Shown here in pieces: positions 53,344 through 64,000 of a stretch of 64,000 bases of DNA. Under the pieces are notes generated by a model. It was given only the letters and a program-made list of their open reading frames with translations. It was not told the origin of the DNA and ran no database searches. Within the stretch, counting starts at the first letter, position 1; every line of letters starts with the position of its first letter. The DNA is from Octopus vulgaris (taxonomy: Eukaryota). The position numbers and the translations under genes are program-made. Location: contig OX597840.1 in assembly GCA_951406725.2 (NCBI GenBank), positions 16,058,001 through 16,122,000 of the forward strand, given 5' to 3'.

Positions 53344-53587
53344 ATGTAATACCAAGCGCAACCAAAAGTATCAGTGGGGAGGCGGGGCTCGTGGGGTCCG
53401 AGCTAAACCCGCACCCACTCCACCCGTAATGTCTTCCGGTCTGTCCCATCATTCGATTTCTGTCCATTTATTGTAATTCATGAAAATTTTTAAATTCGAT
53501 TTATTGTAAAAACCCATTCGTGTGTCTGACCCCATCATCAGATTGTATTGTCCCATCTATGTTCGCCCCTTGTGGGTAATAATAAAA

Positions 53588-53885
53588 CAACATGGAGGAA
53601 AACACCTTTGAAAAGTGTCTTGGTGCAACTATGAAAGGTATCTAATCAGAGACGGTAAATTCACCACAATAGAAGCAAGGTTAGAGTCAACAGAGCGTGC
53701 AAGGGAGTACTCGACTCGAACTTGCAAAATAGAAATATTTTATTTTTACCTTTATATCTGGGATGTAGGACGTCCTGGAAAAAAATTTTTAATGCCCCTC
53801 CCCACCCTAGAGGTAGGCTGGATTGTAGCCACACTTCTATACAAGAGGGAGGACAAGATACAATTGATCGAAATTACAAGAGACG
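53588..53885 (+). pseudogene. degenerate ORF1 fragment of a related Tx1-like LINE family
   Basis: across frameshifts reads NMEENTFEKCL / YLIRDGKFTTIEARLESTERAREYS / NILFLPLYLGCRTS / WIVATLLYKREDKIQL, collinear with ORF1 IEFCL / YINRGKRYGTVEVRFTTEEIAKKLS / NIVLLPLYKGKRTS / CLVAAVMVGLEEKINI. Confidence 0.75.
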
Positions 53886-54429
53886 GGTTAACAATTCCAG
53901 TCTGTTATATATTTTGAGTATTGTTATCACTAGCGATATCAAGATATAACTTTGTATTTTGTATTTTATGTGTAGATGTATATATATAGATGTACATGTA
54001 ATATGTACACATATATATACACATATATACATGCACTAGCACTATGACCCGGCAACACGTCCCTTCCTGGTTTTAATGCTAGTATATATATACACACTGT
54101 CTTTTACTACCCGCCATTGCTTCTTCACCAAACTTTTTGGCGCCCTATATCCTCCTCCCCTCTTCCTCCCATCCTCCTTAATCCCTTCTTTCTCCTTTTC
54201 TCTTGGTCACGAAATTACAAGAGACGGGTTAACAATTCCAGTCTGTTATATATTTTGAGTATTGTTATCACTAGCGATATCAAGATATAACTTTGTATTT
54301 TGTATTTTATGTGTAGATGTATATATATAGATGTACATGTAATATGTACACATATATATACACATTTGTCTGTGTTCCGTATATACATGCACTAGCACTA
54401 TGACCCGGCAACGACGGGTTTTAATGCTA

Positions 54430-54468
<39 letters not shown>

Positions 54469-55825
54469 CAAGGCAATGTGGTTCATGCTGGTGTTGCATA
54501 ACTAGTACCCATGCCAGTGGCACGTAAAAAGCACCTTTAGAGTGCTGAGCTTCATGGAGGCAATGACAAATGACTGAGACCTTCGGCAATATACCGTGCT
54601 TGAGTAAAAGACCCATCAAGCCAAGTGAAATCATAGTTATGGCAGATACCTGAGTCACGCAACTGGCAGCCATGCCAGTGACACATAAAAAGCACTCATT
54701 ACACTCTTGGAGCAGTTGACATTAGGAAGGGCATCCAGCCATAGAAATCATGCTAAATCAGCCTGGAGTCTGGTGCAGCCCCCTCAGCTTTCCAACCCTG
54801 GTCAAATCGTCCAACCCATGCCAGAATGGACAACAGGTATTAAATGACAATGATGAGATATAAGCAAAACACAGGCATGTGACTAAGTTGAAGGCAGATT
54901 TACTTTTGCCTTTATAGCATGTAAAGAAAACAGAGTTGTAGGAGTGTACACAGCACATGTATTACAGCAGTACTATGCGTAGCTTAAATACCGAGACTGA
55001 AAAGCAGGAGCAAATTATGCCACCTAATCTACAAAAAAAAATTTTTTTAATTAAATATTTTGCATTTTATGCAAAGTAATGAGAGTAACCTTAATTTTAT
55101 TGAATTAGGTGCATACTTTTCCATAAAAAGAAAATGTTGCTATACATCTATTTTATTCAAGGTAAGCAGTGCCTACCTTACCTACCCAAGTGGCACGTCC
55201 CTGATATATATATACATATATATACATAAATACATATATATATATGTACACACTCACACAAAACAAGCACTTAAATGCAAAAATGCAAAACAAGGTGGAA
55301 AAAATAGCACTTGAATACCAAAAGGCAGAGTTATATGCTTTTATTAAAGCTGGGAGAAATCTTCACAAACAGTTACTAAGAGTTTCAGGTTACCATTCAT
55401 TAGGCAGTATGATCGCGACTGTCCAATAAACTAATGTGAAACTGAGTAACAGCTTGTGAAGAATTTTTTTTTAGCTTTAACGAAAGATAAGGCAACAGCA
55501 CAAAAAGAAAACACGAGAGACAAAATTTAAGAAACGTAACTAGTTTAAAACTTTAAAAGGGAACCTGACGTTTTGGATGCTAATTCTTCGTCAAGAGAAA
55601 GATAGAGAAATAATAAAAAAAAAAGTGGGAAAAGGTGAAGCAAGGTAGATAGAGGTCAGGTGGGAATACGATTCAATGAAGGGGATAAAAGAAGGGAGGA
55701 GGGGTAGAGTTGTGTCTGCAAGTATAAGAGTATACGTGTAGAGATGGATGTGGGAGAGGTCTGGTTGTGCAGATTTTTAGGGGGTGTGGGTTTCTTCGGG
55801 CATATGTAGTCGTGTGGAGGCATAT

Positions 55826-55985
55826 ACAGTATCCATAAATTTGTCAAAGATGTGTGTGTGTCTGTCTGTCTGTTTCCCTAAAACTCGAGAACTACACAAC
55901 CAATTTCATTCAAATTTTACACATGCCTTACTTTGGGTCCGGGGAGTGTCATCGGCAAAAATTTTTTTTAACTTTTTGACTTCCA
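55826..55985 (+). mobile_element. truncated 5' part of the same Helitron family
   Basis: near-identical to 47790-47915 (ttccctaaaact.gagaactacacaaccaatttcattcaaattttacacatg...). Confidence 0.7.
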
Positions 55986-57049
55986 GTATAAACTAGAAAG
56001 GACTGCAGAGAAACAATAACATCGATGTCTCACATACACACATGACTGTGCAAAACTGATAACAAACCCAGGCCAGATGTGAAATATATACCCTAAATAT
56101 AGATCAACTGATAATTTGGTCCCGGCAAAATGTGATATGAAGACACCCCCATTCAAACAATTCAAGTATCTTAAATTTTTTAAAATGCTGGATGACTGAT
56201 GTATCTGTTAGTCTTTACTTGTTTCAGTCATGAGACTGCGGACATGCTGGAGCACTACTTTGAAGGGTTTAGCTGGACAAATCAACCCCAGTACTTTTTT
56301 GCTTCAAAAGCCTGGTACTTATTCTTTCGGTCAATTTTAGCCGAACCGCTAAGTTACGGGGATGTAAGCAAACTATCAGCAGTTGTCACGCGGTGGTGGA
56401 CAAACACACACACACATCCGACGGGTTTCTTCCAGTTTGTCTAATAAATCCATTCACAAAGCTTTGATTGGTTCGAGGATATAATAGAACACTCTTGCCC
56501 AAGGTGCCTTGCAGTGGGACTAAACCCTAAACTACGTAGTTGGTAAGCAAACATCTTACCATGCAGCCACACCTAATGCGTTACGTGAGGGCTCCCTATA
56601 GCTTCTAGTCAGTGGGAGATTTCCTTAAAAGTGAAGCACCTTACCATCTGGTCTAGCTGGACCGTAACCCTTTACAAGGGCCAGTATATGTTCTACAATC
56701 CTTCATATTACATAAGGCGCGGGTAACTTTTAAGTAGCAGTAAGCTTTAATTAAATTGCTCATTCATCCTCGTCGTTAATCATCCACGCCATTATTAAAA
56801 CAGTAATTCTTTAAGTACAGAGTAAGCCATAACAACATTTACTTAACCAGAGAGAAATCGTGAGCGAATGGGGAAGAGAGAGAATTGTTCATATTAACAG
56901 GGGTGTGCCTAAATATCTAAGGAATTTTAGCTAAAAAAAAAGAAAAAAAAAGGTAATGTTTACGATATATAAGCATGACCTTTCGCAGCCCAGACAGAAA
57001 GTCATTAAGAGCCACACGCGACCCTAATAGTGGTCCATGCTCGAGATGT

Positions 57050-57620
57050 AGATTATACACACGGCGTTAATGCATCATATACACACACTCAGCGTTAATA
57101 CATTATATAGACCATATAAACGGTGTAAATGTATTATATACACCACGGAGTCAATGTATTAGATATACATACAGCGTTAATGTCTCATACACTATGTACA
57201 TGGTCAATGCATTATATACACCATATACAGTTAATAACATTAAAACATATCAATATACATCAAACTACATACATTGCTAACACAGACAATCCACATATAC
57301 GTCAAATACACATCACACATATATATACATATAAATAAATATACGATATATACATCGAACAGAGCTTATACACTCAGACTGTACATTAAATATACCGTAT
57401 ATACATCGTCAATATATCAAAAGTAGTGTATGGCACCACACATACCATACATTATATGGTATGTGTGGTGTATAGCATACACACATGGTCAATGCATCAT
57501 GTTTAATATTCTTGTACGTCAATACGTCAGGTATATCGCATATACAATCATACATATACGCTGTTGAAACATGAAATACATTGGACATGCGTTAATACAT
57601 CACACACACACACACACACA
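57050..57620. repeat. degenerate ~25-30-bp minisatellite
   Basis: recurrent (g/c)gt(t/c)aat(g/a)cat(t/c)ata(tac) unit. Confidence 0.55.
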
Positions 57621-58287
57621 GATAAATTGATGTACACATACACACATCATTAATAAATCTAAATATACAGTATATACACCAACACTTGAAAAATAACATA
57701 TAAAATAGATGTGCGATACTTTGCTGCTCTATACTTTAAGAGTGTGATTCTTACTCGTATACATGATACATTGACAATCAATATTATATATATATATATA
57801 TATACACACGCACACATATATAATGTTAGATATATTACACATACACACACGCATGGTCAATAGGCCTAAATCAAAAATAACATACATTCATTCTTAGTGC
57901 ATCAAATACATCGGACAAATATTGTTAATTGATGAGATATATACACACATCGTAAACACCTGAAATATATATATATATATGCACATACAAAAACACATAC
58001 ACACCCAGCAACATACATGTTAGTACGATGACTGTTAACTGACCGTTCGCCCCTCCTTGCATCGGCCGTGCACTGTGTCTTGTGTCCGTCCGAAGACCTC
58101 TTTCGACCAACACAAATATAATCACACTGACCACTCTGATGTATAATAAATAATAGCCACAAGAATGTTAGGCCGAAAACAGAAGCCTTAACAAACATAA
58201 CGCACCATGACAAATCATTTTAAAGATTGAAATAAGGAAAAAGAAAAAGGAAACAAAAAGAAGAAATAGGAAAGGAATTCAATTTAC

Positions 58288-58560
58288 CTGAAATAAAACC
58301 AAAGAATTCGAACAGAAAAACCTGCAGCAATGAACGAGGTGATGATGGAGGAGAGCAAAATAAAGGCCCTCTTCGTAATATAGCAGCTGTTAATTTAAGG
58401 TTTAAATAGTCTAAGGTCGTCTATAGAGACATATATATTTTGATGTTATATATTTATATACATATGTATATAAATATAAGTCATAAGCCAGTAGCATTCA
58501 TTGTCCAAGACATGGACCTTGTTTAAAACGAGGAACAGTACTAATAAATAAATGATTTTT
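58288..58560 (-). other. candidate non-coding first exon (5' UTR) of the USP20/33 gene; 5' limit uncertain
   Basis: CAG|gtaaat donor at 58288/58287 in non-repetitive sequence beside a CpG-enriched patch; the ATG exon has an acceptor, so an upstream exon must exist. Confidence 0.5.
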
Positions 58561-58900
58561 TTTTCGATATTTTCAAACTTATTTTTTTTAACTAGTGATA
58601 TAATATATACAAGTATTTTGATAAATGAAACAGTAATTTTTAATTAATTTTTAAAATATCGTTTGAAAAAAAATTATTATTATTAATATTAATGAATAAT
58701 AATAAAAGTTCGAAGCAAGTTCGGTAATATGAAAGCATCAGAAATAATTACGTAAATGTACGACGCCTGAGTTAACATTCATTGACGGAGAATTACGGAG
58801 ATTACCGAACACTTTATTTTTTTAATCTATCCATTTTTATGCAATTTTTTATATTTTCGGAACCTAATCAATGTTGTATAATTAGTGATATATAATTAAT
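58560..58900 (-). promoter_or_regulatory. putative promoter/TSS region
   Basis: repeat-free island with many CpGs (58700-58860) in an otherwise CpG-depleted window, flanked by poly(dA:dT) runs; position is inferred. Confidence 0.4.
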
Positions 58901-59181
58901 GTTAGCCTATTTCTGTTGTCGTTGTTGTTGTTATTTTTTTAGCGGATAGATGGATTTTTTTTGTTGTTATTGGTAAATGTACTTGTAAGAATCGATTAAA
59001 TTTTTGGTAATAAATTTTCAATATATCACCACGGCTACTATTACTACAAATGTATCAATACTACTACTACAAATTAGGATGCTACTACTTTCCATAAATG
59101 TATTATTTCGCGAAATCCCATACGTGGCCACTTGACCTGCTAGAAATAGTAACCAAATCTCCCTCTAATCAAGCACATACT

Positions 59182-59607
59182 CAGAGCCCGATTTAGACCC
59201 TGTGGGGTCTCTGGTCCAATAGGTTTTGACAAAGGCTTTACAATGACAATTCAAAACATGAGATAATATAGAGAGCCCTATTAAATTTAGTAGTCGCAAA
59301 CAATTTAAAGAGGCCCCAAAACTTAAAAGGACTTCTTAATAAGAGGGGCTCAGTTAAATTTAATAGCTTGTTAAATTTATAAGGGCCCAGTAAATCAAGA
59401 GGGCTTAGTAATTTTATAAGAAGTCTTTTGGATTAAAAAATATCTTAAAATTAAAATTACAAATTATTTGATTACTTTAAATATATTATTTATAATTTTC
59501 AACTCACTTAAGGGTTCTATGAGTTAAATGGAGGTTCCAATACTCAGGGACCCCTAAGCTTGGAGGCTTTTGGGCTATGGCCCATGTTATATGTAAATCT
59601 TGCCCTA
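59182..59607. mobile_element. hAT-like MITE upstream of the putative promoter
   Basis: imperfect TIR CAGAGCCCGATTTA / TAAATCTTGCCCTA; perfect 8-bp TSD CACATACT (59174-59181, 59608-59615); internal short gggccc-containing repeats. Confidence 0.75.
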
Positions 59608-59799
59608 CACATACTATCTTAAATAAATAGATACATCTCACATTTTTCTGTTTGAATTTCTAAGGCGCAGGTGTGCAACCACATGGTTCTGAGTTCAGTC
59701 TCATTGCGTGGCACCTTGGGCAAGTGTCTTCTACTATAACTTCAGGCTGACCAAAGCCTTGTGAGTGGATTTGGTAGACGGAAACTGAAAGAAGCCTGT

Positions 59800-59835
<36 letters not shown>

Positions 59836-60084
59836 CATGTTGTATGTGTGTGTATATGTTTGTGCGTCTGATTTTGTCCCCTAACATTGCTTGACAACCG
59901 ATGCTGGTGTGTTTACATCACTGTCACTTAGCGATTTGGCAAAAGAGACCCATAGAATAAGTACTAGGCTCCTAAAGAATAAGTCCTGGGGTCGATTTCT
60001 TTGACTAAAGGCAGTGTTCCAGTATGGCCGCAAGTAAAAGAGTAAAGGAGATATTATCATTATTGGGCACAAATGAAGACAGAG

Positions 60085-60720
60085 ACCTGGCAGAATTGTT
60101 AGCACAATGGGCGAAATGCTTTGTGGTATTTTGTCCGACTTTACATTCTGAATTCAAATTCCGCCATGGTTGTCTTTGCCTTTCATCCTTTTGGGGGTCA
60201 ATAAAATTAAGTACCAATGAAACACTGGGGTTGATTAAATTGACTAGTCTCCCCCACAAATTTCAGGCCTTGTGCCTATAGTAGAAAGAATTATTAGACA
60301 CAGATGCAAAATCCTTGGTGGTATTCCATCTGTCTTTGGGTTCTGAGTTCAAATTCCGCTGGAGTTCATATTGCCTTTCATCCTTTCGGAGTCAATAAAA
60401 TAAGTACCAGTTGAACACTAGGGTCGATGTAGTTGACATATTACCTCCCCTGACCTTACTGGCCTTGTGCCAAAATTTGAAACCATTATTAGACACAGAT
60501 AAGGTGGTAAGCTGGCAGAATTATTAGCATGCCAGATGAAATGCTTAGTGGCATTTCATCCATCTTTATGTTTTGAGTTCAAATGTTGCTGAGGTCAACT
60601 TCGCCTTTCATCCTTGCAGAGTCAGTAAAACAAGTACCAGTTGAGTGAAGGAGACAATGTATTCAACTTGAAAACTCCTGCAAAATTTCAGACCTTCTAT
60701 CTGTAGTAGAAAGGATTATT
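60085..60720 (+). repeat. tandem cluster of three SINEs
   Basis: repeated head/body, each unit followed by attattagaca. Confidence 0.75.
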
Positions 60721-63700
60721 AGACAAATATACATGGACTAGTGTCCTCATTTTGGTGATTATAGATGCAAAATTTGGGCCAATGTACCTTCCAGCCTTGT
60801 TCAGGTTATATTCTTTGGGTTTCGAACCAAGTACGGACAACAGAATGAGAACAGATGACTGTATAACTTAGTGTTTTCATATTCAATATAGAATGTACAT
60901 CTTTTAGAACATTGTCATTTTATGAGATTTTGCTGGCAAATTCTTAAATTAACATAAACATTTATTTACAAGAAAAGAAATTACAGGAGAAATTCCTTCT
61001 AATTCTTCTAAATCTTTCGGTTAAAACTGTATTCAAACTATTTGTGGGGAAGTTTTTTATCACAGCAACTGGTCGTACACCACAAGGTTCAACAGAAGAG
61101 TGTGTTAAAAAGTGAACTAGCAATAATTATGTAAGGAGACAGACAAGTTAGTGTTAACATATTTAATGTAGGGAGCATCAAAAAACTAATTCAAAATATT
61201 CTGCAGTTAGACAAAAAAAAAGCAACAACAGGAAAAGAACAATATTTGTTGATGGCTATAGCAAGTGAGGGAGATAACCATACATGTGTTTTGTAATGGA
61301 CCCATCCATCACAGCAAAAAGGATATCCTAAAACCACTCAGTTATGTTTGTGCATATGTGTAAGGCCCTGTCCCCCTCCTTTCTCCTCTCTATCTGACAT
61401 GTCAAGCATTTCACCTCCCCCCACCCCACCATCTATGGTACTCTACTCAGTGCTGTACTCACCCAAGCGCAGTTTCCACCATTCTTTGTCAGCCCTGCCT
61501 ACACTGTTTCGACCAATCATCCCCTTTCTGTGCCTTCAGTCACTGCTCTCACCCAGTGCCCCATCAATACCTACCATCACGATCTACCTACTATTGCCCA
61601 TTGGGTATCTCTGTATCTCCCTCTCTTTGCATGCACTTTCTATACCAACTTTATTAAAACCACCCCTATATCTCCCACCTCACCTCTCTGCATACTAGTA
61701 TTACCCATCACCTGCGTCCATATCCTTGTTCATAAATCATTACATTAACCTCCACTCCACACTCTCACTCATACAAAAGCATCTATACTCTTTTTGAACC
61801 CCTCCCCAAAACCCACTGTCCATGTCCTCTCCTATGTTCACCTTCTTGTTCTATAGGACAACCTAGATGAAATATTAGGTGCAATCATTGCTATGTCGTT
61901 AAGAAATTTGCTTCCTAACCATGTGGTCTTTGGTTCAGTCCTACTGCATGGCACCTTGATACAAATGTCTTCTGCTATAATCCTGAACTGACTAAAGCCT
62001 TGCGAGTGGATTTGGTAGACAGAAATTGCATGAAAGCCTGTTGTCCACTATATAAATGTGAATATTTGTGGTTATATATGTGTGTTTAGCCCCCAAAAGC
62101 TCAGAAATTATGCATTTTTGAGAAAAACTAGCTTGATTTTAAAAATCTGCATCCCAAAGACAATGTTGTCCGTAAATAATAATAAAAAATATAATTTCCT
62201 ATGAGAAATAACTCAACTTTTTGTTCCACAACTCTCCTACTTGCTGTCTGTCACCATGACTCTATCTCTCTCTATTATGCTCCACCTCTCTCTCTCTCTC
62301 TCTCTGTACACGTTGCTTTCATTTTGTTTAAAATTTCGTTTTCTAATGTTTACTTTCATTTAATGACATCTATTACACACAAATCCTTTTTTTCTGATTA
62401 GGTAAAAATGCTCAAACTTTAAACATCTGTAATATTTTTCTAAAAATTTTCTGGAATAAATGATTCTCAAACTTGGATTCAGCATCAAAAAGTACGCCAA
62501 TATACCAAATTTGAAAATGTTTATCTAATTTTTAGATTGCAAATTCTACGACAGCAGCAGGAAACATGTTTCTCTCATTCACTTTTCTCATGGTAAACTT
62601 TCCCCCATTTTAAACATTTTCACCACATTCTCTCTCACTCTCTATAAAAGTATATTGCTCATGTTCAGTATATGTGTGTTTGTCAGTGTGTGCATATGCA
62701 TGTGTGCAAGGAATTTTATTAGGTTGACAGTGTGAATTAAAAAAGTATGTAAAAAAATAATTCATTTTAATAGCATACTTTTGTGAGTAAATATGCTTTC
62801 CTTACCCCACACATGCATGGACTCGGTTGGTGGGAATTAGGAGTTTAATTTACAAATTGTTGTAGTTGTTGCTTAAATCCCAGTGATGGACCACCACATC
62901 ACCATTTCTGAGGAGAAAATAATGAAAAGCATCAATATATGTCAGAGTGACAAAGAAACAAGCAAGGAGCCAGGTGGTCATAGGATGTGCTAGAAGCAAC
63001 AACTAAATCTCCCTTAAATTACATACCTTTTCATCAGAAAATTATTTTGAAATTATAAACTGAAACAAATTATACATTTGGACTGTCCATATTTTAAAAC
63101 TAGGATTAAAAAGAATTTTGGAAAAAGCCGAAATTTTAGGATTTATGGAAACATTAAAAAACACTATTGTTTTCAAATTACATTTCATTTTCTGTTTCAA
63201 AATAAAGGAAGAGAGGATTCCAAAAATTTTTCTTCTTTTAAACCTTCAAGGCTTCCCCCATTGTTTTAAAGAGTGTAGTGCAATAAAAATCAGTACTTGG
63301 CCAAAATCAGTACTGAATGAGTGAGGGGAAGCGGATTGAAAAAGAAACTCATAAACTTTCAATTTATTATTTTTGTTACTGAAAAGATGTCTTCCACTGC
63401 TTTTTAAGTGTGTAGTGCAAAAAAAAAAAAAAAAATAATAAAGAACAAATTCCCCCCTTTGATGTGGGAGGATTTCATAGGTTAACCTAATGCTAGCTAC
63501 TTTACAGAGTGTACTGGGTGCTTTTTATGTGGCATCATCACCAGTGCTTATTATGTCGACACCAACACCCACACCAATGCTTCTTATGTGGCACCTTGGT
63601 TTTAGGATATCAATTCTGTTGAGGTAGGTGGGTTTTCTTATTTGAGAAAACTTGTGCCTCTATTTGTACAGTTAGATGTACAATTGCTAATGTTGAGTTT

Positions 63701-64000
63701 AGAGCTTAACATAGATTATCATCAAGTCAGCTTCCGCGACAGTGGTTTGGTTACTACTTTACTTAGTATCACTATTGGTTATGATAAGGCAGTGAGCTGG
63801 TAGAGTCATTAGCATGCTGAGCTAAATGCTGAGTGGCATTTCATCTGTCTGCACGTTCTGGGTTCAAATTCTGCTATGGTTGACTTTGCTTTTCATCCTT
63901 TCGTGGGTCAATGAATTAAATACCAGCTGAATATTGGGGTTGATATAATCAACTAGCACTCTCTATTAAAATTCCTGGCCATTTGCCAAAATTTGAAATC

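Larger units (their letters stand above)
48432..53587 (+). mobile_element. near full-length Tx1/L1-clade non-LTR retrotransposon, disrupted, antisense to host gene in intron 1
   Basis: 5' UTR, ORF1 with CCHC knuckle, ORF2 with APE endonuclease, RT and C-terminal zinc motif, 3' UTR ending taataataaaa. Confidence 0.93.
47765..54430 (+). mobile_element. non-autonomous Helitron enclosing the LINE
   Basis: A|TC start at 47765 followed by a (GT)n-containing leader; 148-bp internal tandem duplication (47812/47960); hairpin ACCCG-GCAACGA-CGGGT (54403-54419) 7 nt before CTAG|T; no TSD; sits in a (TA)n tract. Confidence 0.75.

Noticed and set aside
48388-53587. LTR retrotransposon reading of the flanking direct repeat
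   Set aside because: The repeat is only 44 bp with no TG..CA ends, PBS or PPT; the enzymes are APE endonuclease plus non-LTR RT, with no integrase or protease.
58281-58325. Recursive splice site (pyrimidine tract-CAG|GT)
   Set aside because: More simply a U-rich 5' UTR exon ending in CAG; no upstream donor was identified.
60700-64000. Neighbouring gene upstream of the USP promoter (for example ORF 61348..61698)
   Set aside because: Low-complexity C/T-rich and repeat-derived sequence; no recognisable protein motif or consistent exon chain.

Overview
Eukaryotic, AT-rich, repeat-dense genomic DNA. Its SINE repertoire resembles that of an octopus/coleoid cephalopod (inferred, not proven). One protein-coding gene occupies most of the window on the minus strand: a USP20/USP33-family deubiquitinase. 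Twelve coding exons could be spliced by hand with GT-AG sites and compatible phases (40228 to 671, 615 codons). They cover the zf-UBP domain, the catalytic Cys box and the USP core up to 'LRNGMKYSKVLRLPE'; the His box and DUSP exons lie beyond position 1. A candidate non-coding first exon and promoter lie near 58.3-58.9 kb. The introns hold three tRNA-type SINE groups, mariner/maT and pogo remnants, hAT and piggyBac-like MITEs, RTE fragments, Penelope-like hammerhead motifs and micro/minisatellites. Intron 1 contains a composite element: a non-autonomous Helitron (47765-54430) enclosing a near full-length but disrupted Tx1/L1-clade LINE. The LINE is bracketed by a 44-bp direct repeat of its own 3' end and followed by an ORF1 fragment of a sister family. 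That 44-bp tail is also the 3' tail of one SINE subfamily, and three different SINE tails share with it a CTTGT loop on a covarying stem. A hammerhead-ribozyme-like fold lies on the pre-mRNA sense strand at 20350-20456.
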